This document shows positions 35,043-45,367 of a stretch of DNA of 45,523 nucleotides, one piece after another. The position numbers and the translations under genes were made by a program. The notes beneath the pieces are model-generated. The model was not told the origin of the DNA. It did not search any database and saw only the letters and a program-made list of their open reading frames with translations. Each line of letters begins with the position of its first letter. The first letter of the stretch is position 1. Origin of the DNA: Neovahlkampfia damariscottae (lineage: Eukaryota); the NCBI GenBank assembly GCA_016618085.1, contig JABLTG010000153.1:1-45523 (forward strand), given 5' to 3'.

Positions 35043-35485
35043 ATGAAGTTTTGTGTAGAATGGTAAGAAAAAGAGATTATTCATGAAAAAAAAAAGTAAT
35101 AACATGTTGTATCCAGCAGAAGATCGTGAAAATAGAAAATTAATTTATGTATGTAGACGTTGTGAAGAAGTTAGAGAAAAAAATCCTTCAAATTTAATTA
35201 ATAAAAATACACTAACAAAAACAGAAGAGTAATTCAGTTTGTTTTTTTTTTAATTTTTTAAAAGAGATCAATTCAAATCTTTAAAATTATCAGAATTAGT
35301 ATCAGATCCTACTTTACCAAGAACAAATTATAAATGTCCAAAATGTAAAGAAGAAGGATCTGTTTTACTTCAAGAAAGATCTACAAAGTTTTTTTTTTTT
35401 TTTTTTTTAATTTTTGAATAGTGCAATGTCTATTTGGCATATTTGTATCAGTTGTAGTAATAAATGGAAACAAAAAAATTTATAA
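35043..35485 (+). CDS. RPB9: RNA polymerase II subunit RPB9 (4 exons; absent from the ORF track)
   Basis: Hand-spliced MKFCVEC|NNMLYPAEDRENRKLIYVCRRC...SDPTLPRTNYKCPKC...ICISCSNKW, giving two zinc ribbons. Confidence 0.85.
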
Positions 35486-35555
35486 AAAAATTAAAAATTT
35501 AATTCTGTTCACATAATTTTTATTGGTTGTTTGATTTGTTTGGTTGAAAAAAAAA

Positions 35556-36411
35556 ATGCAAGTTGAATCTTCTTTAATAAACAAAAATGTATTACCAGGT
35601 GATATACTTGGTAAATCTGTACCATTAGAACAAGCAACAACAATAAGGTGAATAAAACTCAAAATTAAAAACAAAAGAATTGGTAATGGTATAAGTCAAA
35701 CAGAAAATAATTTATTTTCAACAATATCTGGAACATTTCGTTCTGTTGATTCAAATTTTTTCTTTATTGAAAATAGTCAAAAAAGAGTAAGATTTTAATC
35801 AAATTCATTCATCAAAGTATATTCCAAAAGTTGATGATTTTGTTATTGGTGTTATTGTTGAATCTAGTGTTGATTTTTATAAAATTGATTTAGGATCAAG
35901 TTCATCTGCTATTCTTTCAGGTCTTGGATTTGATGGTGCTTCAAAAAGAAATAAACCAAATTTAAAACAAAAAGATTTAGTTTATTGTAGGTAAGAACAC
36001 AGTTTGTTTAAAAAAATTATCAAAAGAGTTATAGAATCAAATAGAGATTTAGAACCTGAAGTTACTTGTTTTAGTATCAAAAGTAAAAAAGATTGGGTTA
36101 CAGGAGAATCTCAATTTGGTGAATTAAAAGAAGGATATCTTATTCAATGTTCAATTGGATTATGTAAAAAGTTATTAGATCCAAATTGTTATATTTTATC
36201 ATACCTTGGTGAAAAGATATCATTTGAATGCGCAATAGGTTAGTAAAAAGATTTATTTTTAAAAGATTTAGGAATCAATGGAAGAGTTTGGGTTAAAGGT
36301 GAAGACCAAAAACAAACTATAATTTTAGCAAATGCAATTTTGAAATCAGAGCATTTGGATGAAGAAGAAATTAAAAAAATGGTTACAAAATTAATAAAAC
36401 AAATAAAATGA
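35556..36411 (+). CDS. RRP40: Exosome subunit RRP40 (EXOSC3), multi-exon
   Basis: VLPGD, SQKR|YIPKVDDFVIGVI, FDGASKRNKPNL, EPEVTC, FGELKEG and G.NGRVWV. Confidence 0.9.
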
Positions 36412-36556
36412 TTCAACTCCAATTGTTGTTCAACTTTTGTCTAATTTTATTATCATATTCTCTTGTATTTTTGTTGTTTGTTGAGAAACATATTTAGAGG
36501 ATTATTTTTTCTGCCAATAAATTCAATTCCGACAGAATTGACAAATTAAAATCACT

Positions 36557-36863
36557 ATGTCAGAAAAAATCTTTACAGTACATTACTCATACAACTGAGA
36601 TGGTGGTGAACAAGAATTAAATACTGCTGCTCAAGCTGTCTTACAAGTCATTCCTGAAGCAAAAATTATATCAAAAGGATCTGACTCATATCCTATAACG
36701 TAAAGACAGTTTTTATTTTAATTAGGTTTTTAGAGTTGAAATTGAATATGAAGGTAAAATTATTTGGAGTGGAAGTCAAAGACATCTTTTCAGAAAATAT
36801 GCAAAGTGGAGACAAGAATCTGTAAAATCAATTACAGAAGCTGTAAAAAGTCTTCAACTCTAA
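36557..36863 (+). CDS. Putative selenoprotein, Rdx/SelW-like thioredoxin fold, 90 aa, in-frame UGA at codon 14 (absent from the ORF track)
   Basis: Exons 36557-36699 and 36734-36863 give MSEKIFTVHYSYN-U-DGGEQELNTAAQAVLQVIPEAKIISKGSDSYPITVEIEYEGKIIWSGSQRHLFRKYAKWRQESVKSITEAVKSLQL*. TGA at 36596-36598; SECIS in the 3' UTR. Confidence 0.8.
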
Positions 36864-36879
36864 ATAATTTTTATTTCTT

Positions 36880-36965
36880 TTTTTTCAAAAAATACAATGA
36901 AGATTTGAATCATCAGACTTAAAATATCCGATTCAAATTTGAGACAAAATCGTTTTTTGAAAAAA
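36880..36965 (+). promoter_or_regulatory. Eukaryotic SECIS element
   Basis: Helix I 36880-36892 / 36953-36965. Core ATGAA (36897-36901) opposite TGAG (36940-36943). Helix II GATTTGAATC / GATTCAAATT (10 bp). 18-nt apical region. Confidence 0.8.
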
Positions 36966-36981
36966 TTGAATAAAAATTATT

Positions 36982-39636
36982 TTATTGATTTTTTAATTTT
37001 TTTTGTATCGTTGTCAAAATTGAAGAAGATATATTTTTACAAATTTCATCAGGATCATTTTGAATAATATCAAATAACCAAGTGAATAATGAATCAACAA
37101 TTTCTGAAAATTCTTCAATGATAGTTTTTTCATTCAACATTATGAAACTTCTCAAAATAGCTTTTAAAATACTTCTTCTAATTGATAATACACTTTTAAT
37201 TTCATCTGACTTTTCATTTTTAAATTGAATTTGAATTTCTTGGTAAGTTGAAAATTTGATGGACCAAATAAAATTCAAAAATTCTTTTCCCAATTTTTGA
37301 GATAATAAATCATTTCCTGAACAATACACAAATATACCAAGACAATCAATTAAACTTGAAAGTAGAATTGAATCTTGATTTAAAAGACTTAAAATCTTTC
37401 TAAATGATTTGATTAGTATAATCATTGAAATAAATTACTTTTTCATTAGTAATGGATAAAAGAAAGATTCACAGAAGGGAGAGAATCTATTAATTTTTGA
37501 TCCATTTTCAATTCTTTGTTTACTCCATATTCTAGTTTTTTCTGGATATTTATATTCTGTTTCAATCATTTTCTTTTCCATTGGAATTTCTTTTTTATTT
37601 TCTTCGTCTCTCTTTAAAAAATCAATCAATATTTTTAATACATTCGATAATTCTAAAGCTGCATCAGATAATGCATTTAGAATTTCAACTCTTTGAGAAA
37701 TATTATAATTGTCCTTATAAAATTCATCTGGTAGAAATCTAAAAGAGATAAATTTGATAACAATACTTACTTGGATAATTCTTTTGTTGAATTTACAATT
37801 AAAGCTACTTGTAATTTGTGTTTCATTAGATCAAAATTTTCAATTGAATAAGATTCAAGGTTATACAATAACCTCTTAGAAATTTGAATCGAAAAATCTT
37901 TCAAATCATCTGGTGCAAATCTGATCACTTCTTCACCAAATTTTAATGCCATTTCTAATTTTTCAACTTCAAATTTATCATCTTTGCTTGATGATAAATA
38001 TTCCAATAATTCTTTGACATATCTATCCAATTAGAAGTTGATTTAAGGTAATTTTTTTACTTTGGTGGTTTAATTTCTGAATCTTCAATTTCATCTTCTT
38101 CTAAATCAAAAGATTGTAAACTATCAGTATCCGAATCAATATCCGATTCTTCATCAGAATGAAATATCAATTCATCTGGATCATTTGATAACATTAGTTT
38201 CTTTTTTATTTTCTTATTTGCTTTGATTTCGTCTTTTTGATTTAAAATATCATCTTTTGACAATAAATTCTCTTGTTCTTTTGAATCAATTGAAAATAAC
38301 AAGTTTTCAATTTTATCCAATTCACCATTGAAATTATCAAAAGTCAATATATTTTTTGGATCAACTATTTTTGTAAATTTTTCAGCGATGATCTATCAAA
38401 TAATTAAAAATTGAAAATATTAATTTTACTGATGCACATCTTCTAATATAAGGTAATGTATTTGATAATCTATTATGAATTCCTTCAATCAAACAAGTTA
38501 ATATTTCTGAATGTTCTAATTTTGATTTTTCAATAAAATTTAATAAAAATATCAAGATATAAGTCACATCTAAAAGTTTAGTTTTATCATATTTACATTC
38601 ATGTTGTTTTTGTGACGAATTTTTAATAAACAATGATTCTTTCCAAAATTTTGATATTTTTAATAATAAATCAAATTTGAATTTCTCTTCTTCTTCCATT
38701 AAATTGAATTCAATTATTTTTAAAATTATTTTCATTTCTTCTATTTCAAAAGTTGAAATGATCAAAAATTTGTTTAAATATAAATTCTTCCAACTTGAAT
38801 TCTCTTTTATTAAATTCGAAATTATAATTTGAATTGATTTTTTAAAAGTTCCATTTTTTAAAAGATTTTTCAATAAATTTTTTGAAAATGTTTCAATTGA
38901 AAGTTTTGAAAGATTCAAGAAAATTATCATCCATTCTTTTTGATTTTTGAATTCAAAATTATTGAGTATTTCTTGACAACAAACATCTAAAATGAAATAA
39001 ATTTTGAAAAAAAATAAAATAAAAACCTGAATGTCCTCTTTGAACAATGGAAGAAATAAATTTTGAAATTATTTTTTCATCCATTGTTTTGTTTCTAATT
39101 ATCAATTTGACAATGTATGAGAAGTAATTCCTTTTTATTATTTAAAAAAATATTTCAAACTTGAATGAAAAGAATTCTGATGATGGAATTTGATTCAAAA
39201 TTTTATCTGATAAAGTCAAAATAACTTTAATTAAAATATCTATTTCAATTGAAAATACTTGTATTTCATTCAATAAATGATTCAAAAAATCATCATTTTT
39301 AATTAAATTTTCCAATAACATAATAATTTCATTTTGAATTTCCAAAGTTTGTTCCTCCAATGATTGTGATAATGATATTATCGATTTCAATGGAAATATA
39401 TTTATAAAATAAGGATGAATTAAATTGATTATATCTTTTTCTGTCATAAAAATCTTCCAATTTAAAAATATTTTGTGGATTAAAAAAATTTGAAGACTTT
39501 CTAAATTTTTGAAATAGAATTCCTTTTGAGTTGACGAAATACTTGAATATGATTCAGGTATTTTATTTAAATGACTTTGAAGAAACTGTTTAACAGATGA
39601 GATATCTTTGAAGTTTTGCTTGGTGAAATAGTTCAT
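36982..39636 (-). CDS. TELO2: TELO2/Tel2 (TTT complex subunit), multi-exon
   Basis: EGIHNRLSN..PYIR; acidic DSDTDSLQSFDL...KPP; YVKELLEYL..LEMAL; NRFSPFCESFFYPL; WL..I..NDPDE.C. Confidence 0.75.
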
Positions 39637-39711
39637 TGCCAATTCAACCTTATTGGACAAAAAAAAAAAAAAAATAAAAAAAAAGTTTAATCAAGAATAC
39701 AAAAAGGAAGT

Positions 39712-40118
39712 TTATTTTCTTTCTTCAGCATCTGAATCTGATGTAGTTGAGTTTTCGTCTTCTTCAAAATCTTCGTCTTCAAAGTTTTCATTTTCAAAAC
39801 GAATATTTTTTGCCATTAAACCTTTTCTACCTTCAACAACTTCGTATGATACTCTTTCATCTGGGTTTACTTCTTGTGTTGGTGTTTCAAAATCTGTAAT
39901 ATGATAGAAAAGATCATCACCTTCATCTATTTAAAAAAATAATTTGAATAAGAATTGTTGAATTTCATTATTTTACCTTGAACAATAAATCCGTATCCTT
40001 TTCCTTGAGCAAAGAATTTTATTCTTCCTGATGGAAGAAGAAACATTTGGTTTGTGTGGAATTTGTTAATGGATTGTTTTCCAATAGTTTTTGAAAATTG
40101 TGAAAATACTCTTTGCAT
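39712..40118 (-). CDS. Cold-shock domain protein with a putative mitochondrial presequence and acidic tail (2 exons)
   Basis: GRIKFFAQGKGYGFIVQ|DEGDDLFYHI...VSYEVVEGRKGLMAKNI contains RNP1/RNP2 CSD motifs. Confidence 0.8.
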
Positions 40119-40213
40119 TATGAAGTGTGTGAAGTTTTTTTGTGAAGTAACGTTGACCAATCAAATCAATGAAAAACTCTCCAATTTAAAATAAATTTCC
40201 AAAAATGAAAAAT

Positions 40214-40856
40214 TTAAAAAAATTTATTCATCATGTTCTTATTTATTTTCTTTTCTTTTGTTGGTAAGAAATTTTCAAATAAAAATGAAATTGTCCATAA
40301 AATATCAAAAACTTTGTTGATTCCTCTTTGTGTCTCTAAAGTAACATTTCTCATTGTTTTAAATCCTAAACGATCAAAAAGATAAACTAATTCATCAAAT
40401 ATATTCATAAATTTTGTATACTTTTGTAATATCATTGTTATAACACTTTTTTAAATTTTTTAAAAAAATTAAATCTTACATAAATAATAGAAATATGAAA
40501 GTTGTGTTTTTTGTTTCTTCTGTATTGGGTATAAATTTCAAAAAGAAATTATGAATTTTTTGTAAAAGAGAATAAGAAAAGTTTGAAATCTTTTCTGGTA
40601 GACTAAATAATGAATCAACCATTTGTTGATATTTTTTATCTTCTTCTGATGTATATTTTTTTTCATTTTTTATTTTTATGTACATTTCATTTAACCACTA
40701 AATGAGGAGTTTAGGAGAAAAGAAAAATTACTTCAGGTTTTTCTTCTTTTTTTAAATTGTCTTGTTGTAAGATTTTCAGTATTTTATCCTAGACAAATTT
40801 TAGTTGTTTGAAATTACTCTTTGGTGGTTGTAACGAATTTTATCAATGTCATTCAT
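40214..40856 (-). CDS. Hypothetical protein, about 4 exons, one probable TM segment
   Basis: ATG at 40856 and a chain of about 30-nt GT-AG introns link ORF pieces 40476-40685 and 40214-40435. No recognised domain. Confidence 0.5.
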
Positions 40857-41232
40857 CCTTTTGGTAAATCCAACAGTGAAAAAAAATCGGTCGATTTGAT
40901 TGGCTGAAGATGAGAGTTTAAAAAATGTTGATAATTTTTTCGGAAAGTGGGTGATTCAAATTAACAAAAAGATATCTTCTGAATAAAAAAATAAGCGAAA
41001 CTCATGATTGAAAAATATTCCTCAAGTGTCTCTTAAACTAATTATTAAACAACTTGAGCATGCAAACCATGAAACATTGATCAAATTCAAAATAGAATCA
41101 AATTTTTGCAAATAACAGGAAGAATGAACAATTAGCCAATCATCAGAATAACGGATTTCAAACTGAAACCGAAAAAAACGGAATTTTAATTCATAAATAG
41201 ATCAAAAAGGATTGCCATCCATTCTGACAAAA

Positions 41233-42471
41233 ATGAAGATCATAATCTTATTTCTCATACTGGCTTTCAACTTTTCTATTTCTCAAAATTGTCAATTGGT
41301 TGTTCCTTCAAACCCATTATCAGCTGCTGGACTTTCAACACCTTACCTTTTAAAATCTGGTTGTGATCAATCAAATCCTGATAAAAGTGTGTTTGCTGAG
41401 GCTGTAATAATCAACAAAAAAACTGGAAAACTTTCAATTTATGCACCTCTTGTAATCAATGAAGGAACCACACCTTTACTTCTACCAAAAGAAATTAAAT
41501 TAAATCCAAGTGATGTTGTAGGAATTTGGTTTGGTAGCAATGATAATGTTGAACTGATAGACAATGGAAATGGTTCTTTGAATCAAGGTATTTGCATATC
41601 TGGATTGAAATCGGATCAATTCGGTCAAATAGCTGCCTGCAACGCTTTGGAATTCTATATTGCTGCAAATGAAGCAATTAAAAAGAAATTATTAAAAGTT
41701 CCACCTTTAGGAATAGGAAAAAACAAAAAAACATGCTATACCACTAGAAGTTTTGAAGTAGTTGATCAAGATCAATCAGATAACGTTGACACAACGTACA
41801 TAGCTGTTGGTACAAGAATAGCACAATTTTCAGCTACAAATCTTGCTGAACTCAAAGACCAAAATCCTAAAATAATTTCGAATCCAAGTGACAATGGTTT
41901 ATTAAACAAATTCATCCTTCCAGCTTTAGGATGTAATTCATTTACAGCTGAGGACCTTGTTGATCCAGGTGCATTTAGAGGTGCTCAAGCATTAAATGAA
42001 ATACAAGCAAGATTATATCAAAAACGTCCTGTTGCTTTAGTACCAGCTGGAAATCCAATGGTTTTGACAAATGGAGTACCAAACATAGCAAAATTGAATG
42101 CATATCGTTCAATCGTAAATCAACCCACTGTCAGAAATTTGAAACAGGCTTCAACCTCTGATTACTGCTCAAAATTACTCACTGTTGGATTTGTATCAAT
42201 TATTTCTGATAAGAAATTCACAATGAGTTTTAAATCACCTGATCCAGAGACTGCAGATAATTTATATTCATTCCTTGTTCTGAGATTTTTTTCTGCTTTT
42301 GGACCAGACGGTCTGAAATGCACAGATGAACTTCAATTGAACAAAAGGATCAGATTTAGGCATAGAGGGAAATTCACAATGAAAACAAGTGTAAATAATG
42401 ATACTAATGCCGCTCCATTAAATAGATTCTCTCTGTTGGTTTTGATTTTTTGTATTTTTTTATTGTTTTAG
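41233..42471 (+). CDS. Secreted, possibly GPI-anchored protein of an uncharacterised family resembling actinobacterial/fungal hypothetical proteins
   Basis: Signal peptide MKIIILFLILAFNFSIS; CQLVVPSNPLSAAGLSTPY, VVGIWFG and VDQDQSDNVDTTY; hydrophobic C-terminus; intronless. Confidence 0.7.
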   Translation: MKIIILFLILAFNFSISQNCQLVVPSNPLSAAGLSTPYLLKSGCDQSNPDKSVFAEAVIINKKTGKLSIYAPLVINEGTTPLLLPKEIKLNPSDVVGIWFGSNDNVELIDNGNGSLNQGICISGLKSDQFGQIAACNALEFYIAANEAIKKKLLKVPPLGIGKNKKTCYTTRSFEVVDQDQSDNVDTTYIAVGTRIAQFSATNLAELKDQNPKIISNPSDNGLLNKFILPALGCNSFTAEDLVDPGAFRGAQALNEIQARLYQKRPVALVPAGNPMVLTNGVPNIAKLNAYRSIVNQPTVRNLKQASTSDYCSKLLTVGFVSIISDKKFTMSFKSPDPETADNLYSFLVLRFFSAFGPDGLKCTDELQLNKRIRFRHRGKFTMKTSVNNDTNAAPLNRFSLLVLIFCIFLLF

Positions 42472-42489
42472 ATATTAATAAATGTTTTT

Positions 42490-43221
42490 TCATTCCAAAC
42501 GAGCAAGAATAGGATTGTAGTTCATAAAAATACAATTAAGTGATTCCTTTGAAACTAAGAAAAACAACCAGGTTATTCATAATCAATTTCAAGTAGATCT
42601 TCTTTATTTTCTAACGTATCAGATGGTCCAATCTCTCTTTGATTCTTTTTGAATGGGAATGCAGCTGGTTTGAGTTGTACTGATTTATACTTTCAACACC
42701 AACATTTTTTCTTCCACCAAACAGTCCTACAAGCTCTTTTAATACATTTTCTTGTCCATGGAACTGAAGTATAATACTTATTTCCGTCTTGTTTTCTGAT
42801 GATTGATTGAAGTTGATTTGCCAAAGCATTTCTTTTACTTTTTAAATGTTCCAACAATTCCAAACAAGAACAATGAGAGTAAACTGGGCAGTTACTTAAA
42901 ATGTTTAATAGAAATTTCTCAAACTATCCAGAACAATATGGTCGTTTTTTTTTAACACAAACATCTCTGTTCATAACAATTAGTTTAAAAATGTTTACGT
43001 ATAATCATTGGTTTGATGGTACAATATCCAATGTTCAAACTTCTTGGAATGATATCACGAGATGGATAACCTGCATATTTTCCTGATTTTACCATTAAGT
43101 AACATCTGAATTTGTATCTGTCACAAATGATAATATCGCCTGTTGTGACTGAATGAGCGGGTGTTGTGGAAAAAACTAAACCAATGAACAGAAAATTTAT
43201 GAAAAGGATTTTGGTGAACAT
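42490..43221 (-). pseudogene. Degenerate secreted Cys-rich gene (weakly sPLA2-like), with a frame problem and an in-frame TGA
   Basis: Signal peptide MFTKILFINFLFIGLVFS; GKYAGY; two intron-like segments; DVCVKK..YCSGYNCPVYSHCSC..CIKRACRTVWWKKKCWC-TGA(42693-42695)-KYK with the frame staying open to 42490. Confidence 0.4.
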
Positions 43222-43483
43222 GCTTTTCAATTGTTTCTTAAAAGAAGGATTTTGATAGGTGGACGAAGATAATTTTACAAAAAGGGATCATTTTGTTTGT
43301 GTACATTAATAAATTTGATTAAACAAAATAAATAGATAATCAAGCCTCTCAGATTATAGCAAAAATTTGTTTTGAGAATAATTGTTCAATTGTATTTCTT
43401 GAAGAAATAACAATCTAAAGACCATTTAGTGCGTCTAATAAACAAAATTTATGACATAAAAATGAACAAATTAAAGTAGCCAT

Positions 43484-44923
43484 CTATTCTTGAATTTCTA
43501 AATCATAAAGTAATTTACCAAGTCCATCAGCAATAATTCCATCTTTTTGTTGGCAAAGTTTTTGTTTAAAATCTGAAATTTTTGCATCTTCTGGATATTT
43601 TTCCATCATTGTTTTCAAGGCATCAAGAAATTGATTTCTTCTTTGTTCGACAATGATATTAAAAAACATATCAAAATTTGTCCAACCACCAATTTCAACT
43701 AAATGAGCCTAAAAATTAGATTTTAATTCAAATAATTTTACTTGGGAAAACAACACTTTGTTTTCATCAATTTTTTGATATTTTTGAAAAAAAAAATCAA
43801 AAAATGGATATACCTTTGTTTTTTTAGATTTCTTATCCGAATCCACTTCTTTTATAATTGGTTCAAGGAATTTCATGCCTTCTGGAACTGATGGTTTCCC
43901 AACAACAAAAACAGATTTTTCATTTTCATCATAAATTATTGAGTGTGTTTGATACAATATTCGATTATTTAATGGGTACGGAAATTGAACATCATGAACG
44001 GATGAAGAAATATTTCTTCTATTATTTTCAATTTCTTTTTTGGGGAAATCTCTTTCTTTGAATATTTTAATTAATTCATCATGTTGATGATACTTTAAAA
44101 CTTTTGATGATAACACATTAGGATCTGATTTTTCAATTTCATGTAAATAAGCCAGTAAGAATCTTTGAAAATTTACTTCCAAAACACATTCATATTTTAC
44201 AGTTCTGATATTTGGACATGATTTGACATTTGGTAAATAATTTAAATTTGAAATATAGGTATTCATTTTATTCTTTTCTGTAGTTCCCACAAGCTAAATT
44301 AAGAAATAAATTTAATTACATTATTTTATTACCTGCCAATGAAAATCATCTTCAAATAAACAAGCTCCAAATTTGAAATCTGAATAAAATGAATAAATAT
44401 GAGTAAAATAATCATCTGTGTAATTAAAATCCACACTAATTCTTGGTGAACAAACCAATGAATCTTGACGATATTTTTGAATTAATTTTGTTGCTTGTTG
44501 TGTTCTTAGAAATCTTCTCCATGGATCATGATACATTTCATTAGTAACTATTGTTTCAATTTTCAGAAATAGTAACTCTGGACATTCTTCAAATAACCAT
44601 TCTTCAACAACTTTTCCAAAATAACGTTTATAACCTTTAATTACCAACATTTTTGATTTTCCTGAAACATTAATTTCTTTTGGTGCATCAGGTAATATAT
44701 ATTCTTCTACAATTTTTAAAGTAGTTTCTATTAATGGTTTTGGTTCTTTTATTCCGGATAACTTTTTAGATTCATGAAGAAACAACCATGGTTCCTTTGT
44801 TGTTGATAGTTAATTCTATTTTTTTTTTACTTCATTAAATTCTGTTTTCAAGAACTTTCTGAAAGCTTGTCCTAAATCTTGTTTGACAAATAAAGCTTCA
44901 AAGTGAACAACCAATTCACACAT
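43484..44923 (-). CDS. RGS domain plus START/SRPBCC-like domain protein (4 exons)
   Basis: AFRKFLKTEFNE|EPWLFL, EEYILPDAPKEINVS and EMYHDPWRRFLRT (RGS); FPYPLNNR and FSQ|AHLVEIGGW (START-like). Confidence 0.7.
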
Positions 44924-45367
44924 CGTTTGAACCAATGAGAAATTGATTTCTCTTTTCAATCCAAAAAAATTACATTTGAATGCCAATAATATCAATGTAA
45001 TGTTCCAGTTTGAACTAATATTAGACGTACTACTTCAAGTATCCAATCATTTGTGTTCATTTCAAACCAAACCCAAAAACAAAAAAAAACGAAAATGGAG
45101 AATCCAGGAAAATGTTCTGATGTGCTGAGCACGAAAAAAAGATATGAAACATATTGGTATCAAAAATATTTGAATTAAGATAACAGAAAAGACATTTTCT
45201 GATGAATTTAAACAATTATTCATTGCCTACGAATTTACCCAAGATCAAAAAAGACTTTTTCAAATTATGAAAACTCTTAAAAATAAACAACACTGGTGGA
45301 AAGATATCAGTAATGCACACATAATTTGGACTATAGGTGTCAAAAAGTTTGATTGTCAAGATGGAGA

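Noticed and set aside
36596..36598. TGA read as Trp or Cys through a variant genetic code
   Set aside because: TGA terminates conserved genes here (RRP40 at 36409-36411, Gfo/Idh/MocA at 17404-17406) and Trp is encoded by TGG throughout. The SECIS explains this one codon.
5639..44061. Short antisense or alternate-frame ORFs (for example 5639-5926, 8325-8543, 11823-12179, 13289-13564, 23386-23637, 24671-25027, 26887-27183, 35480-35674, 39653-39904, 43858-44061)
   Set aside because: Each lies within or opposite a better-supported gene and shows no domain signal.
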